Shown piece after piece: positions 10,803 to 23,009 of a stretch of 64,000 nt of DNA. Both the position numbers and the translations under genes were made by a program. The DNA is from Eutreptiella sp. 'Long Island Sound 2002' (Eukaryota > Protista > Euglenida), in the NCBI GenBank assembly GCA_964036045.1, contig OZ038378.1, forward strand, positions 49,414,001 through 49,478,000, in the 5' to 3' direction. Each line of letters starts with the position of its first letter. Position 1 is the first letter of the stretch. Under the pieces are notes generated by a model, which had not been told where the DNA came from, did no database searches, and saw only the letters and a list, made by a program, of their open reading frames with translations.

Positions 10803-11253
10803 TTGCAAGGAGACCACTAGTATGTGGGAGTGGCAATGGCAAGTGTTGCGGCGGCGGTACTTTGCCCACCCCCTGCGACAAGAGGTGCACGTGCCGATGG
10901 CGACACAACGGCGGCGTGTGTGCCACTTTTGCAAGAGGGGAAGAACCGGTTATGAATGTACCGGTTGTGGAAAGGCGTTCCACGTGTTGTGCTTTGCACC
11001 GGGACATGGCTATGGAGGTGTGCAAGGCGCACGGGACATGGAGGTAGACGAGGAGGACGAGGAGGTGTGGGAGGAGGACCATGAGGAGGACGAAGAGGAC
11101 GAGGAGGACGAGGAGGACATGGAGGACAAGGAGGACGAGGAGGACGAGGAGGACGAGGAGGGTGAGGAGGATGAGGAGGATGAGGAGGACGAGGAGGATG
11201 AGGAGGACGAGGAGGATGAGGAGGATGAGGAGGATGAGGAAGATGAGGAGTAG
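10803..11253 (+). pseudogene. piggyBac-like transposase, 3' part: Cys-rich domain plus long acidic tail
   Basis: RRVCHFCKRGRTGYECTGCGKAFHVLCF matches the piggyBac C-terminal Cys-rich zinc domain. It is in frame with the 5' part after excision of 1709-10804. Confidence 0.85.
11041..11250 (+). repeat. GAGGAGGA(C/T) coding repeat encoding about 70 mostly E/D residues
   Basis: Visible 9-bp periodicity, in frame with the Cys-rich domain, ending at TAG 11251-11253. Confidence 0.9.
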
Positions 11254-11656
11254 TGTGGTGGAGTGGGGGGCTTGAACGAGACGGTCATGGAGGCGGAGCC
11301 TCTGCTATCCCTACCCATGGGACCAGTGCGAACCCTGGGGGACAACCGCGTAGGCTGGATACCCAACTGTGAGGACGCGGCCCCTCCTCGATGTGCGCCC
11401 GTGTGCAAACTGACGTGCTGCGCGTTCTGCGCGTTCTGCGCGTTCCGGTATTTCAATTCTGCACGTGCCTCTGGAGGCACGTGTTCGGCGTGCTACGCGT
11501 TCTGTGCGTGTTACTTGGTCTGTGCGTGTTGTGCGCGTTGTGTGCGCTCTACGCGTTTTCAAAACCTTACGTGCAACACCATTGGCCACGAAAGCGCGCC
11601 TCCGGCCAGAAACGTACAGATGGTAGACAAAGGAATATATTTTTTTCGGTTGTGAA

Positions 11657-13470
11657 ATGGTACACCGTGGGAAGAGTGTTGCCAAATCTGCAGCTCCACG
11701 GAGATTACCACCAAAGGGTCAAAAAGGCAAACCACAGCGAACACCCCATCGTCTGGCTGATCGTCATGGACAATGTGACACCTATGAGGTGGACGACATC
11801 GTTGCAGAACGACTTGCTAAAAATCCAGCTACGGGGATATTGGAGAAGCAGTGGCACGTCCATTGGAAGGGTTACCCTGTTTGAGCGCGGACGGGGGAAC
11901 CCTTGGAACACCTCAGCGGTTGTCAGCAATTTATTTGCAGATTCAATGAGGAGAGGGACGGACAGGCACACAAATATGAACAACAACGGAATAAGCAAAA
12001 ACTGGATGCAAAACAGTCGGCGGCAACAGAAGGTGCAGAGAGTCTCTCGCAAGCAGCCTTAACTACACCAACGTTTATTACACCGAATTCATCTTCTCGT
12101 CGAACATCCAGTGTGTGGCTTGCATTCATGGATACTCCTCCGCTTCAGCCCGGTGCACCCTGCAGAGAAACGATGGCAAGCCTTGCAACACAATCATCAA
12201 GCATTGCGGCGGAACGACGAATTTACGCAGCCATGTGATTGGAAAGCACAGGCAATGGTACACCGAACAAATTGAAAACACAGTTGACAATCAAGCCTCC
12301 TTGCAGGTGACAGATAGTGGGACCGTTGACTTATCCACAGCTCCGAAGTGGTCACAGGAGAAGAGACATCGATCCTGCCGCAAGTTGGCATATTGGCTTT
12401 GCAGAAAGAAGAGGTCAGTCCACTTGGTGACTGATGAGGAGTTTCATGATTTTTGTATGGAGATTTCTGCTCAAAAATTTGATTCGTGTTCCGAGAAGGA
12501 GATTAACAGGCAGGTACTTGAGATGGTTGCCACAGGAAATCTACACAACAAGAAGACCGTGTCCATTCTGAAGGCCGACGGCATCAAACCCAGCATGGCC
12601 AGTGACATTTGGAGCGACGGCGACGTATCACTGATGGGAACAATGCTGTACTACATTGACGCTGACTGGACAGGGTTACATGCTATGCTCATTGGTGCTA
12701 CTGGTTTTTCAGGCGAACGTCATCCTTGTGACAACATTGGCAGACAAACTGTGCTTGGCCTAGGATCTGTTGGGCTAACCTTTGAGGACACCCATGCCAA
12801 AGTATCCGATCAGGGCGGCAACATTAAGAAGGCATGGGGCAGTTTGCCTGGTCGTTGCTGCACTGCACACACCCTTGAACTTGCAGTGAAGGAATATCTC
12901 GAAGCTGACGGTGTTGCCGACGTCGTGAAAAAGACGAAAGGCATGACAACGTGCTTCCACCGCTCTAGCAGAAGGAGTTGCAAGTTGCTGTGAATCAACC
13001 TCCGCAAGCTCGCAATGCTGTTCGCTAGCATTACACACACAATTCCATGAAGTGGTTCCGTGAGCAAAAGCGTGTTGTTCGGACCTATGATATTAACTTT
13101 GGAGCAGAGGCCCGACACGAAGATGGTCCTTATGCGGACAGTCATATGGACTAAAGTGACTGGAAGGTGAATGAACACTCGGTGGCTGTTTTGTACCCTT
13201 CTCCAATTGTGGTCAATGATATTGAGGGGACATTGTATGTAACGTGCTCTCTTGTTCTGCCATCAACGCATAGCTCATTGAAAAAACACAACACCCGAAT
13301 GTTGTTGCTCCATGGGATGAGGCAGTGGTGTTTACAACTGTAGATATGACTCGTGAAGTTGTTCTCGCGCGTCAGTCCTTCTGTGATGCACTTGAGGATC
13401 GTTTCATTGCTTCACTGCCTGCACACGTCCTTCGCATGTACTCCATTGCAACGTTGGCGTGCAGGGGTGA
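11657..13470 (+). pseudogene. Chromodomain-BED zinc finger-hAT transposase fusion (stops, frameshifts, 3'-interrupted)
   Basis: Chromo: TYEVDDIVAERL...WHVHWKGYPV*ARTGEPLEHL (11780-11955). BED: SSVWLAF / ARC..C..I...GTTNLRSHVIGKH (about 12100-12250). hAT core: SDIWSD, SDQGGN, CTAHTLELAV, IEGTLYVTCSLVLP. Homology ends near 13470. Confidence 0.85.
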
Positions 13471-13509
13471 AGAGCATGAAATATGCATAGCATGTCATTA
13501 CATAGGGCT

Positions 13510-14000
13510 TGTGTACTCTGTATGTGTCTTAGTGTATGTGTCCGTGTCTGTGCATCTGTGTGTGTATCTGTGTCTGTGTGTGTGTGTCTGTGTGTGTATC
13601 TGTGTGTGTCTTTATGTGTGTGTCTATGTCAATATGTGTCTTTGTCTATGTGTGTGGCTTTGGCTGTGGCTGAAAATGACAGATCTGACTAAAAGCGCGC
13701 TGCAGCGCGCTTTTGCAACAGAAACCGCTTTCGCAGGCCCCTGCAAGCTAAATTTGACCGATTTGCGCGCTGCATCTCACTTGCGTCAAACAGACGCCTG
13801 ACTGTGTATGTGTCTGTGTCTGTGATTGTGACTATGACTGTGACTTTGTCTATGTCTATGTCCATGCCATCGTGTGTATGTGTTTGTGTCTATCTTTGTA
13901 CTTGTGTCTGTGTCTCTTTCTCTGTGTCTGTCTGTGTGTCCGTGTGTCGATGTGTCTATTTGTCTGTGTTTGTGTTTGTGTCTATGTTTGTGCCTGCTCC
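13510..14000 (+). repeat. Degenerate (TG)n / (TGTGTC)n low-complexity tracts
   Basis: Visible dinucleotide and hexanucleotide periodicity in two blocks (about 13510-13670 and 13800-14000). Confidence 0.85.
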
Positions 14001-14463
14001 AAACACATAGGTGTGCTAGATATATGGGGCGAGGGTCAAATCGCCGGAATTCGAAGAAGCGCAGTGCAACGCGCTTTTCTATGAAAATGCGGTTTCTTAA
14101 AGGTGTGTGTTACCATTGGTGAACCACACAATTTAAAGAAAAGCGCGCTGCACTTTTATGTGCCAAAGAACTCGGGTACACCAGCAAAACACCTGAAGCC
14201 TGCGGCAAAGGCCCGAGGGAAGATTGTCAAAGGGACGCCCCCTCAGTCCAATGGCAAGGGACGAGCCCTGGGCCCGTTCCACAAACGTGTGCAGTAGGCC
14301 AAGGCATCTCAGGCCAAAAGTAGTAACAAGAAATGAGCACGGATTTGGTCTGTGGTATGCACTGATGTTTTTTCTGTGAGTTTGAAGGTCTTCTGTCACC
14401 AAAAGTGAAATTCAGACCCTATTTATGCCAGTTTTAAATTTAAAAGCGCGCTGCAGCGCGCTT
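13691..14463. repeat. Recurrent palindrome AAAAGCGCGCTGCAGCGCGCTTTT within the insertion that interrupts the hAT
   Basis: Perfect 24-bp palindrome at 13691-13714, near-perfect copy at 14442-14463, partial copies near 13764, 14062 and 14139. Confidence 0.8.
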
Positions 14464-16399
14464 CATTGCAATTTCGTCCTTTTTGATGCCCTTGGAAGGG
14501 CCATGTGTGTGGAACCAGTTTGTTTGAATTTGGAAGTGCCTGTGAGCACCATTTATTGCAGGAGTGCTTTGCAGACTCGTATTTGACATCATTTGGAAGG
14601 GGTGACTCATGGAACGTCACCGTGGTACCCTGATAAAGCATGATGCCTTGCTTTCCGTTTTGTCTCGTCCTTGTGTGACAGGTGTGCACGAAGCAAAGAT
14701 TTGAAAAGTGACAAAAACAATGGTCAACACCGAAAAAAAAATACGCGCTGTGGGGGTTGAAAAACACCATCATTTTCTTGGGTTTTTGGGGGGGGGTTTC
14801 CATTTTTTGGGAACGTGCGTAAGTGGCCGCCTAAGTTTGTGGCCAGCCTCCACGGTGGCTTGCTCCCACCAGGCCTTGCAATGCGGGGAGGACACCGACC
14901 ATTGGGCCAGTAGGTGGCCCACACGGGCATCCATTAGGTTAGCCGCCCCGCTCAAGCGAACCCATGTCGCCGAGAGCTCCGCTATCACAATTGGCCCATA
15001 GAGTGGCGGCGTGGTGGCGCTCATGTCGGTGGCCCAAAAGGGGAAACAACAAAGTGAAGGACTCCACAAACAATGGTATGTGCGGTGCACAAATACCAAA
15101 GGGTCATCAAAGAAACCTCCTCTATAGCAAATTGAGCGCACTCGAGTGTACCGTGGAGGGTGCAAAACACGCGGTATGAGGTAACATTAGCTCAGAAAAA
15201 AACATTCAAAAATGACAATTTTGTTCAAAAAATTGTTTGAATTTGAAAGTTCAAAAAAGAAAGTTTCAAAATTGAATATTTCTTTTTTGAACGACCTTAT
15301 GTTTCAAACAGGTTCCCGGGGTCGCCTTTTCCTCAGTGTTGCCACCTTCACTAGCCTTGTTGGGGTGGGCCTTAGGATCGCACTTTGTGCCTTCTCCCCA
15401 TGGCTATCACGCATAGTTGATAATAAGCATGAGCTTAATGCATGGGCAACCCCCCCCCCCCCCACACACACAACAATATCTATAGTCATAATTTTTTGCT
15501 CTTGGGAAATTTAGCCATATCACAAGGACGAGAGGATTTCAAACAGTTGTCGTTTAAGTGTCCTTGAGTCCCTTTGTCAATGATACCCTTCTCTTCTACG
15601 CCGGGCTCTAATCCATGAGTGAAAATGACATGACAATGTCCACTTGGAACAATTGGGTGATTCATAATGTCATATGGCACCAACGGTTGCAGAAGATTTG
15701 GTGGTTCAAGTGGGGTGTTGCCATCAAGGTTCATGAAAATGTTCCGAAAAGATGGGTATGAATGTCTTGTGAGATTATTTGGGCCTTCCTTTTGCTGCCT
15801 GCAACAGGGAATGTTTCACAACATGTTAAGTTAGTTAGGTAACGGGGGCACCCAAACCCCACACACCCCCTCGTCAGCAAAAATACCTGGCATTGGGAAA
15901 ACATTGCTACTCAAGTGATTGGCTTGACCCCCCCACCCACCCCCATGGTACCCGAGTAACATAAGGTGTTGAGAGACATTCCCTAGCCCATCACATCCTT
16001 GCCAATTGTTCATGATAGTGCTACAAGAAGTTCTACATGGATGGCAAGAAATTGAATTTGAAGGATGGGGGAAGTGCACAAAACCCAATATTGACACATT
16101 ACTGGTTCCAACCAACAATTTGTCCCCTGCGTCGAAAAATGTGTACATACACGGTTTTCCCACACCAACCCCGTGTAGTTAAACAATAGTTTGGGTCCAT
16201 AACCCGGTGCACGTACACAGTTTTTGTCTCAAAGAATTTCCCTCCCTACGCATTCCCTAACATTGCTGGTCTCTTGGGTGTAGTGGTGAGAAGGCTTGAA
16301 GTGGTTGTGATGGTCCATTTCTTGTATCATTTACCCTGGGTGGCTACCTTGGCTTATGGACACCTATTTTGGGCTACCTTCGGTGCACACACTGTGGCT

Positions 16400-16900
16400 T
16401 TCACTACCATGGGACACTGGGACAGCCACCCCAAAGGACGTGTCGGTCAAATCATCCACCAGAGTCCCAGGAGATCCAGCATGCCTTCCTCCGTAATTAT
16501 TTTTTCCAGTTTGACCCGGTCCGCTATTTCATTGCTGAGTCCAGCCACTAGCACCCCAGGCGTGATTTTGTTGAGGTGGTTTGTTGTAGGTATATGGATA
16601 ATACGTTTCTGACTTTAGCGAATGTGCCCCAAGACATACACACTGACGTGGCACTGTTTGTTGAGGTGTGGCATCATATACGGTATCAAAATGAAGTGGG
16701 AGACGACAAGCACGTGCACTAGTTGGTGTGATGCACGCATGCTCTGCTCCCCTTGCCTTCACATCACTATGAAGGGAGTCCCTTGCGACACCGACGCCCT
16801 GGGGGCCATGCATCCGTGGGATCGTTGGCCCGACAAGTGGTCTCCCAACTGCCTTGGTGTGCTCCGGTCCATGCAACACGCAACACGCAAACCCTAGTGT
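16400..16900 (+). pseudogene. Possible highly decayed KDZ/HMGXB3-like transposase fragment
   Basis: EIQHAFLRNYFFQFD and HCLLRCGIIYGIK resemble the CxCGIVYSLK region of that family; spread over several frames. Weak. Confidence 0.25.
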
Positions 16901-17785
16901 ACTACCCTTGGCAATGGTGGTGGATGCACATCCGAGTGCGGTTCAAAGGGGTCCGTTTGCTGCATCTCCTCCCTCTACACCGGGCGAAGTTGTGGTATAC
17001 CCAGGGGCAACGGTGGACAGGGCATGGCGGTCACATCCAAGATAGGTGATCAACCTAATTGCATTGACTTTGCTCAGAGTAGTGGTGAAAATCTGCACAT
17101 TCGCACATGCATGTGCGTACACCTGATGCACCCATTGTGGCACGCCCGGAGTCACTTTTTTGCGACCTTGTGTGTTCTCAGTTTATGCTTTGACACTGTT
17201 GAGCCCTGCCCCTTTTGCTTTGCATTGTGTAAACATCATCCAATGCCACATCAATGTGTGCCTTGTGATGGTGCTCCCTCATACAGATTGGGCTAGCAAC
17301 CTTCTGGTACTCACATCCCTCATGCTTGCACTTTGCAACCCTCATGGTTGCACTGGTATAATTCACATTTGTAAATTATTGGACAAGGTAAGTGGACAAA
17401 TTATGGCAATTTGATTGTTTTTAAATAATGGGCCACAATTTCCCATTTAACCGGGGGCGAGGGACTTTAACTTGTGTGGGCCCCAGTGGGCACCACATCT
17501 CAGTACTTCCATTGCCCCACTTGGTTGCACAGGAGGAATGAATGCAATGTCACAATTATATGGGGAAGTCCATGTGATGATGCAATGCAAGGGCAATATG
17601 TTTGCACCGAATGCACACCTCTTGGGCATAATGGCATAACTATATTCTTTTTATGAATGCCCCGTGTTTTTTTATATGCCGTAATTGGCATAACTTGCAG
17701 CCGTAATTTACAGCATAACTTACATTTATATCTTACGTTACATTGCATCTGCACCTGTCTCCGGTAACCGTATCTTTGCATGTAG

Positions 17786-17941
17786 GTTGCTGTTCGGGTC
17801 CGCCCAGTTTCCAAGTGGGATGGTGAAAATGCAACAGAAGTGATCCGGGTAGACGGTGGGAACACATTGTCTATCAGCAAGCCAAGCGGCGGGGCTGACA
17901 AGCGGTACGTGTATGATCACGTTTTCACTGAAGGCCAAGAG
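17786..17941 (+). CDS. Kinesin (kinesin-3-like) exon A; first exon not identified
   Basis: tgtag|GTT...GAG|gtgtgc; VAVRVRP...YVYDHVF; phase 0-0. Confidence 0.92.
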
Positions 17942-18292
17942 GTGTGCTTGTTTTGGGTTGGCGATGATTGCTTTTCCACATGCCTAGTGGCCATATGTAA
18001 GATTGAATGCACCAAGGAGCCCTAGCATGTTCTGCTTGCCTGTAAACAAGTACTCCTGGGCCCAAGAGGCATCGTTGGGGTGTAGATGCATGGGATGCGT
18101 GGGTGGTGAGTACGCTGCGGTAGGGTTAGGTGTAGGGTTGGGGCTACTCCACATGCTGGGGCTTATTATCGCGCTGCCGTGCCATTCGAGTTGCCTGTTA
18201 AGGGAGTCAACCCTTTTTGCACCTCGTAATATTCTTTTGCACCTGTTTTGTTCGTATTTCGTATGCCATTTGTTCTGTGGTCTTTGCTGCAG

Positions 18293-18390
18293 GTGGTGTA
18301 CGAAAATATCGGGCGCCCAATGTTGGCAGACGCATTCGAGGGCTATAATGTTTGCCTCTTCGCTTATGGACAAACTGGGAGTGGCAAAAC
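18293..18390 (+). CDS. Kinesin exon B (P-loop)
   Basis: ctgcag|GTG...AC|gtatga; [17 protein letters not shown]; phase 0-2. Confidence 0.95.
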
Positions 18391-19006
18391 GTATGAATTG
18401 ATGCTGACCATTCCGTGCCGTCGAGCCTTTGCTTCGGCTTCTTGCTCGCAAGTCCAACACCGCAGTTGCATTGTGTTAGGGGCTGCTGAAAGCGCAAATG
18501 GCACACAACCGGGGCAAAGATCGGAATTATCTAAAAAAGGGGGCTCAGAAAGGGAAAGCAACCTGTGCAACACAGGGGCGGGGGGACCGATTTGACCGAC
18601 TGCATTGATGCCTTGCCAGCTTCGTTCACCCATGACATCAGGAGGGCCATGAAAATGATCATTCAGCCGTGCCAAAGCCGTGCTGGAAACTATCCCAAGG
18701 CACGACCTGCACCAGAAGTGTTGCCCAAAGTCGCGATGAGCAACAGAAGATGAGCACAAGAAACCCGCTAATGATGACCCAAGCAAGGATTCCAATTTAG
18801 CCCCTGTATCCCCTGGACTGCAAGCACAAGGGCCGCTCGAACGTTGCATCATTGAAAGAGCCCGACAGCAGAGAGGCTCTGAGTTGCCTTTCAAATAGAG
18901 TCATGATGCCAAATGGATGCAACACTATATGCAACCTGTGCGTATGTCCTACCTCCCCTGTTTCAGTATATTTCTCCCTGGAACCTCGTATCTCCTTGTC
19001 CCATAG

Positions 19007-19206
19007 GTACAGCATCTTGGGTGAGGGTGGTGATCGGGAAGGGATCATCCCTCGCTTTTGCAACGAAATGTTTGCGGTGGCGCAAGAGCGGTTGGATGAG
19101 GACGCCACGCTTGGGATCAAAATCAGCATGTCCTACGTCGAGATTTACAATGAGAAAGTTCGTGATCTGCTGGAGAAGCGCCGCAAAGGGGAGCTGACTG
19201 CATTGG
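19007..19206 (+). CDS. Kinesin exon C
   Basis: cccatag|G...TTGG|gtatgg; YSILG...GIIPRFC...SYVEIYNEKVRDLL; phase 2-1. Confidence 0.95.
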
Positions 19207-19414
19207 GTATGGAACATATGAGGATAGACATTGTTTCAGAAAAACTCTGATTATGAACATTGCTTTGTCTGGTCGTCAGCTCAAAGTGTATTGGATCTTC
19301 GGCGAAGGACCCATCAAGATCATGATTGGGTCCTCAGCGGCAACAAAAGCAGCACCGTCTAACCATCCCTTGTTTAATGCACGTGCTTTGGTCCCCATTG
19401 CCATTACGCTGCAG

Positions 19415-19523
19415 ATATCCACGAGACTGCAGACAAGAAGATTTGCGTGGAGGGTCTCTCCATCCACACAGTGCTGAACTATGAGCGTATCCGGGTGTTG
19501 ATTGACCAGGGCAGTGCCCAGAG
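19415..19523 (+). CDS. Kinesin exon D
   Basis: ctgcag|AT...AG|gtgtgt; DIHETADKKICVEGLS...LIDQGSAQR; phase 1-2. Confidence 0.9.
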
Positions 19524-20731
19524 GTGTGTTGCACCCAATATAATGCTTATGGCACCTCGAGGCTTTGTTCTGAGGTTTACCAAGTGAACATCAAAGAGGT
19601 ACACCTGTGCCCACTTAGATGGGGAATAAATTCTTATAGTTGTGGATCCATATGCTGAGATGGGTCTCCTCAAATAAGGATCATGCATGCAACAACTGAA
19701 TCATTTTAGGACTCTGGTGTCCTCCAGCGTTCCTGAGTGCTTATTCAACTTCCAAAATCCCTCACCAAAGCCCAATTCAGGGCAAAAAAAGGAAAGGACA
19801 ATACAGCGTTTGGATTTGAACTGTGTTTACTCAAATAATGGCGTGACATTGTTTTTGCGGGTGCCAGTGGTCTGGACAGGGTATTAGGCATTGTCTTCCA
19901 CCTTTATCTGCTAGTCTTGCACCCTGCCCCTTATCATTCCCAGGCCTTGTGTTCTCGTGGATTGGCCTGTCTTTTCCTTGGGCACTCAAGTGGCCCGTTG
20001 CCGTCTACCCTGGGTGGGGTAGACGTAGGCTCCAGCACCACCCATCACCTTCCGGCACTACCTGAGGGTCTACACCTCCACAGATTCCTTGTGGACAGAG
20101 GATCGTTCAGCTGGTTTTCTCGGGCCCTGGCCCCGTGTCGTCCTTTAGAGAGCAGTAGAATGGGAGTGGTGTATGACCGTTTCCAGGACCACGTGAGAAA
20201 GGGGATGCAACGGTTCATGGACCTGGCCCATTGGTCACCCGCGTAGGAAGAGGGGAGCAGGGGATTGCAGAAGGGGCCCCTCAATGCAATCAGCCGGTGC
20301 CTCCCATGCACAGGCCTTCGGAGAGTTTGTTCTGGCATTTGACTAAATTGTCTTGGCAACTAGTTCTTTGTCCTGGCAGCGAGTTCTTTGTCATAGCTGC
20401 TATCACTTTGTCTTGGCAGTGGACTGCTTGCCGTGGCAGTAGATAGTTTGCCTTGATGCTCCATGGAGTAGTCCAGCCACCATCCAAACATCACCTCAAC
20501 TCTGTTCAACTTGTCCCAGGAGGCTATGGCCTTCGCAGCAGCATGTTGTATTTTTCTACTGAATGTTTGGCCACTCCTCTCCGCTTTTATCCCTCTTGCG
20601 GACACATGAGGCAGAGCATAGCAAGACAGCACAGCAAGCCCCACAGGTCCGTCACTTCAACTCTATGAAGATGTATGGCTTTGAGGTGGCAGTCATGTTC
20701 ATGCATGAATGATTTTGCCTTTTTTTCTCAG

Positions 20732-20898
20732 ACAAGTGGCAGAGACTAAAATGAATGAGAAATCGTCGCGGTCACACTCCATCATCCAGTTCTACCTCAA
20801 TCAAACGTATGATCCGCCAACTCCAGAGAAGCGCGACACTGAAAGCATCCTTACCCTTGTTGACTTGGCTGGAAGTGAGCGGCAGTCCAAGACGGAAG
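20732..20898 (+). CDS. Kinesin exon E (switch I and II)
   Basis: ttctcag|A...G|gtgttc; [11 protein letters not shown]...LVDLAGSER; phase 2-1. Confidence 0.95.
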
Positions 20899-21734
20899 GT
20901 GTTCTCCAGTGGCCTGATGCTCACCCCTTTTTTGCCTGATTCGAAATTTTATCATGTTCGTCGTGTCGAATCGTTTGATTTTACGGTTGAAACCCTGTTT
21001 TTTTTTCCTGACAGGGAAAATGGTTGTGTGATATGTCCATACCAAGACGGCCCATCTGTGTGCAGCAGAGTATTGACCAGCACCTGCTTATCCTTCATGC
21101 CCCATTCACAAGAGGGGCGTGTGCGGCAACAGCCATTTTTCAGAGGAAACTGTCTGATGACACACCCACACATTGACACACCCATCTGCCAATACACATG
21201 AAGAAAGGCCCTTTGCTATTTAGCATTGGGACCAGCTGTGGGATTGTTTCATTTTGCACATTACACGCAGTGTACTCCACGCATCTTGACTCGCAAAAAT
21301 GTGTCCAAAGGTGTATATGCCATGAGAGCTGTGTCAATAAAAGGTCAGAAGTGGATAAAAAAGTTTTTTCGTTGGTTCAATGTCTTTGACTGTTTCAATG
21401 GGTCCCAACTTTCTGCCTGCACCACAATCAAAACTGTACACAAGCTTGGTTGCGATACTCAGTCTTTATTGCGGTCAGCTGGTGAACCCAGCAAGGTTTT
21501 GCAACCCCTTTTAGGGTCGAGCAGCAAGCTGGGAGCAAGATGGGAGAAATCAATACTTGGCCCAGCTGGCTCCAATTCTACTTAAATGTGTATGGACGGT
21601 ACTCTAGGATATGGGCTTGAATCATGCAAAATTTGAGCAAAAAATTCACTACTGCCGGTACAGGCTCCAGAGGTCGTGGGTTCCAAAAGGATGTCCAAAA
21701 TGGACAAGAAATGGTAGTTTTTAGGAAGGAGACA

Positions 21735-22410
21735 TTGCACACTGTACACCATGCACTCTGCCCACTGCACACTGCGCATTCTGTACACTGCACACTGTCC
21801 AACATTGCACAATGCACACCGCATATTTTGAACACTGCAAAGTGCACCACCATGCACACCGCACACTGCCCATTTGGCACAATGTGCGGTGCACTCTGCA
21901 CACTGCAGTGCACTCTTGAATGTTCAACGTTCTGCACACCAGACATTCTGCACACTGCACACTGCATGTTGCACACTGCACATGCTGCGCACTTTGAACT
22001 TTGCGCACTGCCCATGTGGCACTACACACACACACACAACACACACTGCACACGTGGCACACTGTGCAGTGCACTCTGTGCACTGCACAGTGTGCAGAGT
22101 GCACATTTGGTGCATTGCACATTTTGCACACTGCACACTGCACACCTGGCACGGTGTGTGTTTGGTGTTCTGCACATTGCACACCATGCACCCTACACAC
22201 AGCGCATTGCGCATTTGGCACACCGTACACTGCATATTCGCCACACTCCACACTGCACATTGCATAGTGTGCACAACACTGTGCACAGTGCACAGTCCAC
22301 AACACTGTGCACAGTCCACAGTCCACAACACAGTGCACAGTGCACAGTGCACAACACTGTGCACTCTGCACACTGCACAACGTGTATTCTGCATATTGTG
22401 CACTCTGTAG
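21735..22410. repeat. Degenerate CACACTG / TGCACA-type minisatellite in kinesin intron
   Basis: Dense 7-9-bp units; it produces the spurious H/C/T-rich ORFs on both strands. Confidence 0.85.
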
Positions 22411-22761
22411 ATGCACCCTGGGCCATGGTCTGTGCAGCTGGAAATGGGTCAAAAAACAGCCCTAAACCAGTTATTTTTGAGCCAATGAGTCTGTGCTCGT
22501 GTAGCATGCACAGCAAGCTACTGTGTAGGACATTAACAACACAAGTGGTGGACTGACATACACCACACCACTTTGTAACGGCACACACAGCACCTCTGGT
22601 GCAGCCATATACACCAGGCCACTGTGTAGCAACATGCACAATATCACGGTTGTGGTATGTACCACGCCACTGTGTAGCGATATCCACAAGACTGGCATAG
22701 TGAAAATATGTGTGCAAGCATATCTGGTCGCACAGACTACGCCATCTATGCATCCAAACAG

Positions 22762-23009
22762 CCTCAGGTCAGCAGCTGGATGAGAGCAAGAATATCAATC
22801 GCTCACTGCTGATGTTGGGGCGTGCCTTGAATTCTTTCTCGGATGGCAGCAACAAAACCCATGTTCCGCTGCGGGAGTCCAAGCTGACGCGGCTGCTGTC
22901 TGAGTGTTTTGGGGGCAATGCACGAACGTGGATGTTGGCCTGTGTGAGCCCCTCGGGCTTTAACTACAGCGAGACAATGTCTACCCTTGAGTATGCCCAG
23001 AGTGCAAAG
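22762..23009 (+). CDS. Kinesin exon F (microtubule-binding region)
   Basis: aaacag|CC...AAG|gtgtgt; NINRSLLMLG...HVPLRESKLTRLL...GGNARTWMLACVSP...ETMSTLEYA; phase 1-0. Confidence 0.95.

Noticed and set aside
13483-14122. Cys/Val-rich ORFs
   Set aside because: They are (TG)n low-complexity artefacts.
21578-22753. His/Cys-rich metal-binding proteins (up to 310 aa)
   Set aside because: All frames on both strands are open because of the CACACTG minisatellite, which lies inside a kinesin intron.
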